Assembly (NCBI GenBank): GCA_045643285.1
Contig: JAZUKN010000039.1
Coordinates: 13,770 to 77,769, forward strand
Direction: 5' to 3'
From: Eubacteriales bacterium
GTDB taxonomy: Bacteria; Bacillota; Clostridia; Oscillospirales; CAG-272
DNA length: 64,000 nucleotides
Shown here piece after piece: positions 62,750-64,000 of the stretch (position 1 is its first letter; the number at the start of each line of letters is the position of its first letter). The position numbers and the translations under genes were made by a program. Under the pieces are notes generated by a model. That model was given only the letters and a program-made list of their open reading frames with translations. It was not told the DNA's origin and searched no databases.

Positions 62750-62880
62750 ATTTGAAAACGTCCCCGACGTTTTCTTCCTTTTGCCTATATAAAAGAACAA
62801 AGCGTTCGACGAGAGACCAATGGTCTCTCCTACGGTTAAAAGGTGAAGTACCGTGCGTTGCCGTGAGATTCTCCGAAATC
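62750..62880 (+). repeat. hairpin-array element, truncated unit R8 (A + J only, direct)
   Basis: A lies at 62754-62774, followed by ttccttttgcctatataaa as in R1. The J unit has the variant stem gagagacc-aa-tggtctctc, then CCTACGG and GCCGTGAGATT. Confidence 0.8.
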
Positions 62881-62922
62881 TCCTCTTTCCCGAAAGAAAA
62901 CAAAAATCTTGATACTTTTCTC

Positions 62923-62951
62923 TTGACATCCCACGCAGTGTGTGGTATACT
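62923..62951 (+). promoter_or_regulatory. sigma-70 promoter of tRNA-Ile2
   Basis: TTGACA, a 17-nt spacer and TGgTATACT (extended -10), 11 nt upstream of the tRNA 5' end. Confidence 0.65.
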
Positions 62952-62962
62952 TTCATCTGTAC

Positions 62963-63036
62963 GGACCATTAGCTCAGTTGGTTAGAGCTCCCGGCTCATA
63001 ACCGGTCGGTCCTAGGTTCGAGTCCTAGATGGTCCA
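62963..63036 (+). tRNA. tRNA with CAU anticodon, tRNA-Ile2 (lysidine) type
   Basis: ggaccattagctcagttggttagagctcccggCTCATAAccggtcggtcctaggttcgagtcctagatggtcca closely resembles Bacillus tRNA-Ile(CAU) in its acceptor, D arm and anticodon loop. No CCA is encoded. Confidence 0.8.
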
Positions 63037-63097
63037 CGGAGAAAAAAGGCAAGTCGCAAGGCTTGCTTTTTTCAGTAGAAAAACAGGAGGTACGGAA

Positions 63098-63892
63098 ATG
63101 CTCGGAGCTATCTGCGGCGATATAATCGGATCATACTATGAAGTCCACTGTACAAAGGATTACGATTTCCCATTCAACAAGGACAGCACCTTTACGGATG
63201 ACAGCGTTCTCATCGCGGCTGTCTGCAAAGCAATACTGTATGACCCGTCCGACATCTCAAAATGGCATCTTCGCGCCCGTGCCGGAGAATACGCCGCGCA
63301 GTACCGTCGGTTTTATTCGTATTTCCCCGATGCAGGATTCGGCAATATGTTTGCCGAGTGGGCAAGAAATCCGTACGCAAAAAACGGACACAGCTATGCA
63401 AACGGTGCTTCGATGCGCGTAATTCCGATCGGGTATGCGTACAAAACGCTTGAAGAGACTCTCCTCCAGGCAAAAGCAAGTGCTCTTCCGACTCACGGCA
63501 ACCGTGAAGCGATCAGAGGCGCGCAGGCAGTTGCCACCGCTGTTTTTATGGCTCGAAACGGAGAAACGAAAGACGCAATAAAAAATTCCCTCGAAAAAAC
63601 TTTTCATTACAAGCTGTCAACGCCACTTTCCGCTATCAAAGAAACCCACGTTTTCAACTGCCGCACTTCATACAGCGTTCCGCCCGCGATAATTGCGTTT
63701 CTTGAATCGACGGACTATGAAAGCGCTGTCAGAAACGCCGTCTCTTTGGGCGGTGACGCCGACACACAGGCGTGCATCGCAGAAGCATACTATAAAGTAA
63801 TTCCGGAGCATATCATACATTTCTGCGACGGAAAAATCGACAGCTCAATAAGAAAAACCGTAAAAGAGTTTTCCGAAAAATATGTGAAATAA
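63098..63892 (+). CDS. ADP-ribosylglycohydrolase family protein
   Basis: 264 aa from ATG 63098, with AGGAGG upstream. GAICGDIIGS..E......F......FTDDSVL..AV and the C-terminal GGDADTQACIA are family hallmarks. Confidence 0.75.
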   Translation: MLGAICGDIIGSYYEVHCTKDYDFPFNKDSTFTDDSVLIAAVCKAILYDPSDISKWHLRARAGEYAAQYRRFYSYFPDAGFGNMFAEWARNPYAKNGHSYANGASMRVIPIGYAYKTLEETLLQAKASALPTHGNREAIRGAQAVATAVFMARNGETKDAIKNSLEKTFHYKLSTPLSAIKETHVFNCRTSYSVPPAIIAFLESTDYESAVRNAVSLGGDADTQACIAEAYYKVIPEHIIHFCDGKIDSSIRKTVKEFSEKYVK

Positions 63893-64000
63893 CGACACCG
63901 TATGGAATCATCACTTCTGCCGCTATGGCAGGGGTGATTTTTGTTTTTCGCCGTCATTTCCGCCTGCAACCGTTCATATACTCTACCGTAAAGTCTGCGC

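Overview
This 64-kb window looks like chromosome from a spore-forming Firmicute of the Clostridia, judging by spoIVA, Gram-positive polC, SLH-domain proteins and moderately high GC. All calls come from reading the sequence and ORF translations by eye; no search was run. Its backbone is housekeeping. It holds the conserved pyrH-frr-uppS-cdsA-dxr-rseP-ispG-polC cluster, uvrB, rnz, HU, xylB, an L-serine dehydratase and four tRNAs (Glu, Glu, Met, Ile2-CAU). It also holds a perR-like/flavin-reductase-rubredoxin/reverse-rubrerythrin operon. An accessory-looking section carries GH78, GH127-like and GH101-like glycosidases. It also carries a sigma-70/anti-sigma pair and a 7-gene Opp-type ABC operon with an 807-aa binding lipoprotein. 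The most unusual signal is non-coding. Nearly every long intergenic gap holds a modular hairpin-array element built from a shared set of short palindromes in conserved order. There are about 10 units covering roughly 3.5 kb, and several stems show compensatory changes between copies. Two loci are head-to-head doubles around a conserved core with a promoter-like TATAAT. A second family of 15-bp perfect palindromes occurs twice. Also notable is a 1.35-kb XRE + Ltp-like (superinfection-exclusion type) cassette flanked by a ~95-nt duplication of the rnz 3' end. An unlisted 52-aa Cys/Gly-rich membrane peptide gene is also present. No CRISPR array, transposase, integrase or recognisable defence operon was seen.
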